Virus record (IMG/VR): IMGVR_UViG_3300028832_000146
Span: 440-64,439 of that record
Direction: 5' to 3' (one strand)
Origin: a virus
Lineage: Duplodnaviria > Caudoviricetes
DNA length: 64,000 nt
Of the stretch, positions 1-10,368 are shown one piece after another. The position numbers and the translations under genes were made by a program. How positions within the stretch are numbered: the stretch's first letter is position 1; the number at the start of each line of letters is the position of its first letter. The notes under the pieces were generated by a model. It did no database searches, was not told the DNA's origin, and saw only the letters and a program-made list of their open reading frames with translations.

Positions 1-525
1 TATCTTTCATATTGCGATCATCGATTAAAAGAAGTAGTAAGATGTAAATATGTTATAAGATACATGGACGATATTGTTATTTTATGAAAAAGCAAAAAGC
101 GATTAAGATATGTTTTTCGCAGATTAAAATGATATTTGGACGGTTGCTTGAATTTAAGAATTAAACCAAATTATCAAATATTCCCAACTGGTGTGAGATG
201 AGTGGATTATGTTTGATACAGATATTTTTACGGTTATAAATTATTGAGAAAATCAACCGCACAGAAATTCAAAAAGAAAGCATTACACCTAAAAGAAAAA
301 CAAGAAATGTGAATTGTTTTTAATTTTAGAGAATGGTGTGCAATGAATAGTTATGTTGGACGAATGTTTCATTGTAATTCATACAGATTATTTGAAAAAT
401 ATATTGATCCAATAATTCCCAGCATGAACAGATATTATTATTACGAAATCGGAAATAAAAAGAAAAACAAGCTGAAAAAGTATTACAGAAAATTGATTCG
501 TAAGAAATACAAGTCAAGAAAATAA
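1..525 (+). CDS. DGR reverse transcriptase, C-terminal part (5' end outside window)
   Basis: Frame 1 reads YLSYCDHWLKE..RYMDD..NYQIFP..GVDYVGY..SYVGWMFHCNSY with TGA=Gly and CGA=Trp; paralog of 31385-31903. Confidence 0.95.
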
Positions 526-530
526 ATTTA

Positions 531-562
531 AAGCTTTGATATTTGACATTCGTGATTATATT
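531..562 (+). promoter_or_regulatory. Conserved late-promoter-like motif upstream of the lysis module
   Basis: AAGCTTTGATATTTGACATTCGTGATTATA(T/A)T, recurring at 15120, 31917 and 48732. Confidence 0.6.
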
Positions 563-598
563 ATACATGACAAAATTTTACTTTTTATGTAAAGCAAA

Positions 599-883
599 AT
601 GAAATTATCAGCAACAACAACCAGTTCATCAATAGTTGATTTAATTAATGATGATGAAGTATTAGCATTAATTGAAGCAAAAAGAAATGCAAATGAACCA
701 ATTGAAATTGAAATAAGTGTTTGATCATGAGATTCAGTTTTTGTTGAAACAATATCAGATGAAGCTTCAACAACAAATTCTTATGAAGTAACAAGCACAT
801 TCAGATTTAAAACATATCAATTGGATCAAGTTTTTGTAATTGCAAGTGATAGCACAGATTTTAACATTCAAATCGTTTGATAA
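599..883 (+). CDS. Conserved hypothetical protein, 94 aa
   Basis: Open with TGA=Gly; homolog at 31997-32278. Confidence 0.8.
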
Positions 884-884
884 A

Positions 885-1115
885 ATGGAAATTTCACCAG
901 ATACAAGTTTAATTATAAATCTTTGAACGCTTATTGCATGTGCATTCTTTCTTCGGAAATTGAGTGCAAATATTACAAAATTCAAAGAAAAAACTGAAAT
1001 GGAATTAAAAAGTCACAATGAAAGAATAAATGAAATTGAATCATTGGATTTGAAAGCAATATTGATGAAAATTCAAACGGATTTGGAACGAATAAAGGAA
1101 AATATGCACAAATAG
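885..1115 (+). CDS. Small membrane/coiled-coil protein of the lysis module (XhlA/holin-like)
   Basis: N-terminal TM segment then coiled coil; CGG here aligns with TGG in the B homolog. Confidence 0.6.
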
Positions 1116-1158
1116 AAATAAACGTTGCAGAAAATTTTTTACATTCAATACATACCTA

Positions 1159-1374
1159 ATGAAACGAATTACAAAACTTTCAGTTACAAAATTGGTTTTA
1201 TTATTGTTGGTATTAACATTAATTGTAATTGAATTATACAAAGTTTTTAAAGGTTCTGAATTAGATCAGATTTTTGTTGATACTGTATTAATGGTTATTT
1301 CTTTTTACTTTGGACAAAAAGGAATAAAATACGATAACGTGGATTCAATAATGGAAGAAGAAAACAAGGAATAA
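1159..1374 (+). CDS. Putative holin
   Basis: Two TM segments, SFYFG motif, charged C-terminus; next to the peptidase. Confidence 0.7.
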   Translation: MKRITKLSVTKLVLLLLVLTLIVIELYKVFKGSELDQIFVDTVLMVISFYFGQKGIKYDNVDSIMEEENKE

Positions 1375-1403
1375 TTCTTTTATTCCCTATTAAATACGAT
1401 GAA

Positions 1404-1772
1404 ATGAAAAATAATCATGATCGTATTGATCATATTGATAATTGTGACGGTGTGCAGTATAAATTGGTGCGTGTAATTGATAAAACAGCAACAGACATTC
1501 ACCATATAATGTGAAAATGCAACAAGCATAAATACAACACCAATATTGATGAAAACAAAGTAAGAATTTCAAGAAGATTACATGTTGCATTAAATGGATT
1601 TTTTGGAGACAAACAAAACCCAAGAGATCAATTAAAGCAAGTTTTCGAAATTGTGAAGCCAGTATTGAGTGAATGAGTAAAACAAGAACTTTATACAATA
1701 CTGTATGAAGCAGATGATGAATTGTTTTACATACCAGAATTATTGAAGAAATGAAAGAAAAAGAAAAAATAA
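1404..1772 (+). CDS. HNH-like (beta-beta-alpha-metal) protein
   Basis: DIHHIMG..N..RRLHVALN pattern; same slot as the HH-motif protein at 32958. Confidence 0.45.
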
Positions 1773-1915
1773 ACGATTATGAATACAAACATTTGAGAAT
1801 ATGCAAGCATAACATACAACGTGAAAGTTGCAGAAATTGTTTATTTGAAGTGCTTTGTAGATTAGAATGAAATGATATTCACGATCAAAAGAAGATTTCA
1901 GAGCAGAAATGATAA
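1751..1915 (+). CDS. Small Cys/His-rich protein, unit A only
   Basis: CKHNIQRESCRNC in a 54-aa ORF. Confidence 0.45.
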
Positions 1916-1944
1916 AGAAATTTTTAAATTATAACAATAAAAAC

Positions 1945-2811
1945 ATGGAAGAAGAAATTATTTATGGTTGTTTGTGAACTGGTGAAGAAGCAACCGATTA
2001 TGTTCTTTGTGACGGTGATATTGATATATTGCCAAAGCTTTATAAACAAGATGAAATCAGATTTGAATACAATCAAGCGAATCAAAGTTGGAGTAAAGTT
2101 TCATGCACAATATTCAGTGCAATGTGAATGCTTTCAGATTTGATGAATTATGAATTTTCACTTGATGAATTACAAGAAGTTGACGAATTATCATACACAA
2201 AATGAAGAATCCGTTGACATGGTTGGTATGTAAAGCAAGCCGTTGATCTTGTTTGTAAATGGTGGAACGAAAAACATGGTGATTTATGAAAAGTTGCATA
2301 TTACAGAGTTTCAAAATATTCAGATATGGTGGATCAGATACTTGAAAAATGATACACAATAAACGGTAATTTTTGCCCAACAGCAGAATACAGCCAAGAT
2401 TACAGAAAAGACGCAGTATTGGATTGAACAGAATTTTGAACAAATACCAATGGACATGCAATTGATATAATCTGGAATAATTGAAAAAGAAGCACAAAAG
2501 ATTCATACAAATGAAGAAAAACAAGTGATTGAAAAAAAGATTGCAACAGATACGAATTAAAGCATAAATTATCAGAATTATCAAATTATGGAATGTGGTA
2601 TTATGTATTTACAAAGGTTGCAGAAGATAACCTTGAAGAATTAAAAAGATTAAACGAAATTAAAGCAAAAATAAATGAAGTAATGCCAATAAATTCACAA
2701 TTGCGACATTTAACAAATTCAGAACCTTATAAAAATAAATTACATGAAGCAAATAATATGTTGCGTGAATGGTTGGATTATATCAATTGAGAAATAATAA
2801 ATCTTTCATAA
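1945..2811 (+). CDS. Papain-like cysteine peptidase, candidate endolysin
   Basis: YNQ..SCTIFSA (Gln/Cys), NGHAIDI (His), KDSY; follows the holin; homolog at 33261. Confidence 0.65.
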
Positions 2812-2866
2812 AAAAAGATTTTGCAATTTGTATGTTTTTTCGTAATATATCTTTGCAAATGTGTAG

Positions 2867-2897
2867 ACAGAACGCAAGTTCTGTTTTCTTTTTTTAT
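2867..2897 (+). terminator. Intrinsic terminator after the lysis module
   Basis: ACAGAAC-GCAA-GTTCTGT plus T tract; conserved at 34184-34212. Confidence 0.75.
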
Positions 2898-2937
2898 CTG
2901 AAAAATTAAATCAGACAAAGAAAATCTGAATTCAAGC

Positions 2938-2996
2938 TTGATTTTACTATTGACAAAAATTAAAATATATACATTGCATAAGTAATGCGTAGAGCC
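2938..2996 (+). promoter_or_regulatory. Recombinase promoter with operator-like motif
   Basis: TTGATT-17 bp-TAAAAT, then TTGCATAAGTAA at 2974-2985; conserved in B. Confidence 0.6.
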
Positions 2997-3025
2997 AAAT
3001 ATATTTATTTGTTTATTTTTTCAAA

Positions 3026-3952
3026 ATGAAAAATTTGCTTTATGACTTTTTGCAATATTCCAAAGATATCAATTACAGATCAAGCGACACATTGGTTCAT
3101 TATAAATACGATATGTTAAAATTTATTGAATTCATGAAATACAAAAAATGAAAATTCGAAATAAACGTTGAAGATGTAAAATTCGCAGATTGTATTGAAC
3201 GGCTTGAAACATACAAAGAAAACAGAAAAGTTTCAAGAAGCACACTTTCAACATTATCAAATTCTTTACGCCAATTTTTCAAATACAGTGCAATGATCTG
3301 AAAAAAATTACAATTTAACGTTGAACAATTACCAATTATTAAAAAAGAACGCAAACCATACGATATGATGAAAAAAGAAGAATATGAAATATTGGTTCAA
3401 GCACCATTAATTTATGAAGAATCACCAATACTTGCAGAAAGGAATCAATTATTAATCGAAATACCATACAGAACATGATTACGCCGTGCAGAAATATTAC
3501 GTTGCAAATTCGAACATTTCCACAATGAAAACCGCCAATTCCAGATATTATGAAAAGGCGGTTATCATGATCGAGTATTTTTTACCGAAGATTTAAGAAA
3601 TAAAGTTTTGCATTTTGAAGAAAGTATAAAAGAATTCACAAAAAAAAGACCATTCAAAATGGATTTTTTATTTGTTTGATTAGATAATAAAAATCGATGA
3701 AAGCCACTTGCACCAAAATATATTAATATTTTATTCCGTAAATATTCCGAACATCTTATAAATGAATGAAAGATTACAAGAGTATTACACCCGCACATGG
3801 AACGCCACGCATTCGCCACAAATTGCGTTTATGCTTGATTAAGCCAGCAAGCAACAACACGTTTAATGCGTCACCGTGATCCAAAAACCACTGAATGATA
3901 TTATCACATGAATGATACATGGTTAAAATCACAATTTGATAAAATATCATAA
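3026..3952 (+). CDS. Tyrosine recombinase (XerC/D-like, 308 aa)
   Basis: TGLRRAE, GKGG, HPHMERHAFAT, MRHRDPKTTEGYY catalytic motifs. Confidence 0.9.
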
Positions 3953-4074
3953 CATATTTTTTTCAAAAGTAAAATTTTTCGAGCTTTTCGGAAAAATCGA
4001 ATAGTTTAAAAATATAATTCATAACTGTAATTTTTTATTGCAGTAATTTTCTTATTAAAAAAGTGCAAAAAAAT

Positions 4075-4102
4075 TTGACAAATAAAAAATTTTTCTTATA
4101 CT
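4075..4102 (+). promoter_or_regulatory. Early promoter
   Basis: TTGACA-16 bp-TATACT; B has TTGCAT-16 bp-TATAAT at 35394-35421. Confidence 0.65.
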
Positions 4103-4248
4103 TGATATTGTCAAACAAGATATTAACACATTTGCTGAAATTTCTTGATCTTGTTATTCATTACTCTAATCGGTTGGATTGTTTCCACACACTCACCATA
4201 TAGAGAATATCAGTGTGTTGGAGTAAATGAATAAATATATAAGAAACC

Positions 4249-4279
4249 AAGCGGTGTGATAATATCACATCGCTTTTTC
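4249..4279 (+). terminator. Terminator inside the early leader
   Basis: AAGCGGTGTG/CACATCGCTT plus T tract; compensated equivalent at 35528-35560. Confidence 0.7.
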
Positions 4280-4342
4280 GTAATTACTTATGCAAAAGGT
4301 TCTACAATACAAAAAGCATGTAAGTTTGACAAAGAAAACAGA

Positions 4343-4426
4343 GCTTGCGTGCGTTTCAAAGCAACCATACGAATCAGTTGGGGAAATCAGCACGCAAGCG
4401 ATCCAACTGGTTCATATGGTTGTTTT
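4343..4426 (+). ncRNA. Structured leader RNA (long hairpin plus pseudoknot) upstream of the initiator
   Basis: ~23-bp stem 4358-4381/4403-4426; loop 4390-4399 complementary to 4343-4352; covaries with the B copy. Confidence 0.7.
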
Positions 4427-4498
4427 AATTTGTTTCAGTTCACATATGAGCCGTTGCACCACTACACACATTTTATTTTCTAAAACAAGGTTCTACAA

Positions 4499-5254
4499 AT
4501 GAATGAAGAATTAGAAAGAATTACGATTTTCAATTCTTATGTAAGAAGCATTGACCAGCTTGCAAGATGAGATATGCAACTTGCACAAGAGCTTTCTTAT
4601 TGGATCATTCAATTCTGAATTAAATGAATCGAGCCACCAGCAGATTCAAACCCGTTCATGCTTTCAGTATTCGAGCAAATCAAAGAGCCGTTAATGAATG
4701 GAAGAAAAAAATCAATGAACGGTAAAACAAAATCAAAATCAGATGAAGAAGAAATCAAAGAAGAAACGGAAATTGAAGAAAAAAAATCAAAACAAAATCA
4801 AAATGAAATCAAAACTGAATCAAAAGAAAATCAAAACGAAATCAAACCGTGACAAAATATAAAATATAAAAGAAAAAAGAAAAAAGAAGAAAATAATATT
4901 TCATTATCTAACGATAATGAAAGTGCAAGCACGGGAGATTATTGAGATTCAGAAATTAACGAATGTTTGGAAATTATTAAATCGTTTAATGGTTGAATAA
5001 TTGATTGAACACAAAAATCAAATCGTATTCGGTGAAAAAATTTAATTTGAAAACTTAAAAAATCGGAATTTGTGCAAAATCAGAATTACACACGGCAAAA
5101 CACTTTAACGGCGGTGTTGAACGTGGTTGCACAAAACAAGTTTTATGTGAGCAAGATTACATCACCAGAATTGATTTATAAAAATTTAGCAATTTTATTT
5201 CAAGTTTGCAGACAAGAATGAATGAATCAAACACCACAAATTGAAGTGCTTTAA
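4499..5254 (+). CDS. Putative replication initiator
   Basis: Conserved N-terminus, repetitive AAATCAAAA-rich centre, divergent C-terminus; first gene of the early operon. Confidence 0.6.
4725..4848 (+). repeat. Iteron-like AAATCAAAA repeats inside the initiator gene
   Basis: Several tandem aaatcaaaa/gaatcaaaa units; similar run at 36030-36085. Confidence 0.5.
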
Positions 5255-5565
5255 AGGTTTACAAAGAATTGACGTTTGTAATTACAAGGGACGGTGATGT
5301 TTATACAACAACAGCCACGCCAGATCAGATTTCAAAGCTTTGTGAAAAATCAAGGTTCTTGAAATTGTGAAGTGATTACATTGCAGTTGATAGAATTAAA
5401 AAGTTGACCGTAAAGCCAGCAGATGAAATTGACAATGCATTATTGCAGATTTCAGACAAAAATTTACGTGCAAGAGTTCAAGCAGAAGTTGACGAAAGAA
5501 GAAGAACATGATCACGCTTGAACATGGAAATTTATAAAAACATTTTAGATCGTTTCTCGAAATAA
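5218..5565 (+). CDS. Conserved hypothetical protein
   Basis: Homolog at 36506-36835. Confidence 0.75.
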
Positions 5566-5567
5566 AC

Positions 5568-5741
5568 ATGCCAAAAGAAGAAATCGAAAGACTTGAATGA
5601 AAAGTTGGGTTCAAGCTATTCATCAGACGTGTTGGTTTAAAAAACTTTGATGAATATATGCAGTTGTTCGGTAATGATCGAGCAAAAAGACAAACAGCGG
5701 TTGAGTGGTTTATTGAAGAATACCCAAACCAAGCAAATTAA
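5568..5741 (+). CDS. Conserved hypothetical protein, 57 aa
   Basis: Homolog at 36838-37014; CGA aligns with TGG. Confidence 0.75.
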
Positions 5742-5765
5742 TTTTATATCAGTTATTAAGCGAAA

Positions 5766-6377
5766 ATGACAGATAAAGAAACACCAAAATTAAATTTATT
5801 CATGAAAATTCAAACTGTAAAAAGCAAATTGCTTCAAGCGAATTTGAAGAAATCATGAGAGAATAAACATGCATGATTCAAGTATTATGAGCTTTGAGAC
5901 TTTTTACCAGCCATTGTTGAATTATGTAAAGATAACAGATTATACACACAAGTATTATTCGATAACGAAACAGCAACATTATTGATTATTGATTGTGATG
6001 ATCCAACACAAATTGTTCAATATACATCGCCAATGCGTGACGTTGATTTGAAATGATGTCAACCAATTCAAGCATTATGAGCGGTTGAAACCTACCAACG
6101 CAGATATTTATATTTAAATGCGTTTGATATAGTTGAGAATGATACACTTGACGCAGTTGCATGAGATGATAACAAGCAACCAAAGAAAGCAGAAGTAAAA
6201 AAATTCAGTAATGAAGATTTGGAAAGGTTGAAAGCAAAAACAGATTATTTGAAGAAATTTGCAACATCAGATGATTTGTTAAAGGACATTCAAAAGTTCT
6301 TTTCAGTAGATAAAGACATGAAAATGAAAATTGCAGATGTTCGAGCAGAAGTTCCAGAAGAAAAACCAGCAGAATAA
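5766..6377 (+). CDS. erf: ERF-family ssDNA-annealing protein
   Basis: KKSGENKHAGFKYYELGDFLP..GCQPIQALGAVETYQRRYLY..FDIVEND. Confidence 0.85.
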
Positions 6378-6400
6378 TTTACATCTTAAAAAACAAGGTA

Positions 6401-6862
6401 ATGACAAATCAAGATACAATTGAAGAATTCGATGTTGCAGAATTATTACAAAAGCAAGAAAACAACGCAAACGAAGTTGATGAATTAATATCAAAGCACG
6501 AAAAATTCAAAGCAAAGTGATTGAAATTAACAGATCAAGATATGTTTGATCGAGTTGCTTTATGGGAAAATATGAAAGATAAAATTACAGAATTAAAAAG
6601 CACCTATTATGAAGAAAAGCAACAAAACGACGTTAAAAAAGGTGCAAGAATGGTTGAATTAAAAGCAATGTTGAACGAGCAATGAAAAAAAGTTCATACA
6701 GATTCAACAGCAGACGCATTAATAAAGCAAGAATTCCAGCAACGTGATAATGAAATATCAATTCACAAATTGCAAGCAGAATTATTGCAGAATAAAGCAG
6801 ATTGCGTGCTTGAATATATCAACATCGTAAAAATCCACATTAAAAAAGATTTTAGCATGTAA
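6401..6862 (+). CDS. Conserved coiled-coil hypothetical protein
   Basis: Homolog at 37664-38119. Confidence 0.75.
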
Positions 6863-6871
6863 TTTACAAAC

Positions 6872-7099
6872 ATGATAACGTATACAAAAAATAAAATCAT
6901 TGCAGATAATAATTGAAAATCAAAATCAGTGGAAATCGACACGGTATTATGAGCCGTAAAATGAAAAAGCCGATTCCTTGCAAGGTTATGAATTGCAATG
7001 ATCCTTGCAGAAAAATTAGAAATATCATCAAAGCAAGCATTCACGGTTGCATGCACAATGAAAGATGATTTCGAAACCTTTTACAACTTAAACAAATAA
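6872..7099 (+). CDS. Conserved hypothetical protein
   Basis: Homolog at 38131-38355. Confidence 0.75.
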
Positions 7100-7100
7100 A

Positions 7101-7922
7101 ATGAAAAACAAAACAATAATTATTTATGCATTAATCGTTCTATTTATTCTTGTTATGTGATGAATCTTTGTCACATACGCAAGCAATAAACAAGAGCCAA
7201 TCCAAAAAATTTTAAATCAAATTGAAGCCAACGAATCAGAGTTGGAACAGCTTGAAATCAAACAAGCAGAATTAAATCAAGCCAATGAGCAAGCCAAAGA
7301 AGAATTATTGAATAAATATGGATTGCAACTTTCAGAAGAAAAAGAAGAAAAAAAAACAGATTTATCATCAATGCTTTATGATGATAATTGAAACTGTATT
7401 TGATGAATAGGTTGTGAACCTAACGAATGGACACCATGAAAATTAACAGAAAGTGGTGATCATCAAGAAATGCCAGAAATCAAAGCAACAGATGAACACG
7501 AAAGATTCAAAGAACTTGCAACAGCATATTGACTTGACGCAAGCACAATATGGAGTGTTGAAAACCATTATTGAATTAAAGAATGAGTTATTTTATGCAT
7601 AACAGTTGCAGAAACAAGCGGTTGAAATCGTGGTTATGGTGAAAAAAACATATGAAGTGTTTGAAGTAATGATCGTGGTGACCGCCCAACGTATGCTTTA
7701 ATGGAAGCTTGACTTGAAGCAATAGGTAAAACATTAAACAACCAATATTTATGAAGTAAAAAAACTCTTTGATGTTTAAGTAATGCTGGATCATGCAACG
7801 AATCCAACGATAATTGAAAAAGATACGCAACAAGTGAATCAAGCCGAGAAAAAAACATGGTTGCATGTTTATCAACAATTTATGGATCAGTAAACGCCAG
7901 CACGTTTGGTATTAGAAGATAA
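7101..7922 (+). CDS. Membrane-anchored lysozyme-fold (glucosaminidase-like) protein
   Basis: N-terminal TM, coiled coil, LCITVAETSGG..NIGSVG..YATS motifs; homolog at 38359. Confidence 0.55.
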
Positions 7923-7949
7923 TTTTTATTTCATTTATTATTTCAAAAC

Positions 7950-8366
7950 ATGGAAACACCAAAAAATCAAGGGGGGGGGGAGACTTTACAAACCTTTACT
8001 GTAAATCCAGCATTTCTTCTACAAGATATGCCAATTGATTTCTTTGACTTTCAATTCATCATGAATGCAGATTGAACATTAAAGGAAACAAAATTTAAAG
8101 ATCAGATTTTAGAACCAGCAATTTGAAGTTCATTATTCTTAATTAAAGAGAAATACTTCAAAAAGGTAAAACAACATAAAATTGACAAAAAGAAGATTGA
8201 AAGCCACAAACAAGAAAAAGAAAACATGCTGAACGCATGGAAAATTCAAAAAGAACATTATCAGTGACACATCAGATACCAAGAAAAAGCATTATGAGAA
8301 AAGAACAGATTATTAAAAGCAATATGATTAATTGCACACAATGTAGAAAAAGTAAATCAGAATTAA
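7950..8366 (+). CDS. Conserved hypothetical protein with a G10 tract at codons 8-11
   Basis: In frame through G7971-7980; homolog at 39149 also has G10. Confidence 0.8.
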
Positions 8367-8391
8367 TCTTTATTTCATAATTAAACAAAAC

Positions 8392-8994
8392 ATGTTTGAA
8401 CGAATTAAAAAATTATTCATGAGAAAATGAATAAGCAAGGTGGTTGTTGATACATTAAGAGAGCAAAACCACCGCTTAAAAGAAAGAGTTGCAGAATTAG
8501 AGCAAGCAACCGAAAAGAAATTTTGTTCACACTGTAAGGAACGAAAACCAATTACAGAATTTAATAAAAATTGTTCGAAAAGAGATTGATTACAAAGTCA
8601 GTGTAAAGAATGCCACAAAGCAATGATGAGCAGAACGCCAAAAAAAGAATTGCAAGAATGCAAGTTCACGCCGTTTGAAAAAGAATATTACGGCGGGCGT
8701 GTTGTTGTAAGTGAAAGATATTTCACATACGAAGTAAATGGAATTGTTTATGTATTAATTGATTCATTCAGATTTAATTATTTGTGCGAAAAATTCTGAA
8801 AAGAAATGGTGAAATTGAAAATCGAACAGATGATTAAATACAACAATAAAAACCACCTTTGGAAATCAAATTATGATTATTATTACAGATTAAAAGCACG
8901 ATGTCAGAAAGAACAGATATTACAAGATGAAAAACAGCAATTAAATTTATTTCAAAACCAAGATTTAGAATGAACGCACAATGTTCAATCGTAG
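8392..8994 (+). CDS. Zinc-finger protein
   Basis: CSHCKEWKPITEFNKN..DGLQSQCKEC; homolog at 39593. Confidence 0.7.
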
Positions 8995-9362
8995 ATTATT
9001 GGAAAGAACATTGATGATGAAGATATTGAAAAGTAAGTTACAGTTGCTTTTACGATAGGGTGAAGCATTGACGAAGTCGAGAAGAAGCAATCCAAAAACA
9101 AACAAGGAAATATTGCAACAGTGTTTACAAGCCAAAACAACATGCACAAACAAAAAACGAATTAAAGCCAGAATATTCATGAATTAATATCACATACAGC
9201 AAAGAAGAAGCAAAAGTTTTTAAAGAAGCATTTGAGAAAATCATCAATGATCTTTTAAAGAAATACGAATCAATAGAAGAACCGCAAGAAGCAAATAAAA
9301 TATTTGAAAAAATTGAAAAGGTGAAAGCAGATTATCAAATATTTTTACATCACAATTCATAA
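8970..9362 (+). CDS. Conserved hypothetical, possibly DNA-binding
   Basis: RVKHGWSWEEAI motif with CGA=Trp; homolog at 40148. Confidence 0.65.
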
Positions 9363-9366
9363 CAAA

Positions 9367-9639
9367 ATGAAAAATCCAATAGACAAAAAACTTTACATGA
9401 ACCAAATGAAACGAGATTCACAATTACAAAGATTGAATAAAGAAAAAGATATGAAGCAAGAAATTATGATATTAAAAAACGAAAAAGCAGAATTAAAAAA
9501 CGAAAACGCAGAATTGAAAAATCAAATCAGACAATTTGCAGATTGATTCCAATTGCTTGCAAAGAAATTAAAAGAAGCCAATAAAGAATTGGATCGTTAC
9601 AAAAAAACACAATCTTTTAAACCAGTAATAATAAAATAA
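9367..9639 (+). CDS. Coiled-coil hypothetical protein
   Basis: Homolog at 40526-40786. Confidence 0.7.
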
Positions 9640-9837
9640 TGCACATATTATTTTCAATATTAACAATATTTCGATCAGTGATTTATTTGATCACGTTAAA
9701 AGATACGAAATTAATAATTGCACTATTATTTGCAATACTTTCAATTGCATATTAAGAAATTCGGAATTTCCGAAAATAGCAGAAAAAACGGAAATTCCGA
9801 TTATTTAAACAATTTTACATCTTAAAAAATCCAGAGA

Positions 9838-10341
9838 ATGAAACGATTAATAATATCAGCAACTGTAATTATGATTTCAATGTATTTGGTTGTTGCACGG
9901 TATATTTGACAAATGCCACCAGATGAACCACAAATTATAACTTGCGATGAAAGATACATATGAGATTCTTATATATGAGTAATAAAATGGAAAGATTGAG
10001 ATTACATATATTTATCATGAATGCATGAATTAGATACGATATGCACACCATACGAAGAAGAAGTTGACGAAGAAACGCCATTATGTTGAACAAAAGTTCC
10101 GTTTGAATGACCATTAGATACAAGCAATATGAATTGTTATTATGATAATCCGAAAAGCAAATTAAAAGCTTTCAAAAAGCAAGCAGAAGCAGAAAAGAAA
10201 GAAGATGAAAGATATTATACGTGTAAAATAATAACATATGATGTTGTGCAAATGTATAATAGTTGTGAAACATCAAGTTGTGTGACAAATAGATTAAGAA
10301 CATATTTTCAAGAAAATTGCCCAAGAGCCAATATTGAATAA
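9838..10341 (+). CDS. Cys-rich exported or membrane protein, unit A only
   Basis: Hydrophobic N-terminus when CGA/CGG=Trp; open with TGA=Gly. Confidence 0.65.
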
Positions 10342-10368
10342 AATTTTACATATTGTTCATAAAACATC

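Noticed and set aside
3953-4498. Short ORFs 4256-4483 and 4290-4502 as leader proteins or a repressor
   Set aside because: Not conserved as ORFs in unit B, whereas the RNA structures and motifs are.
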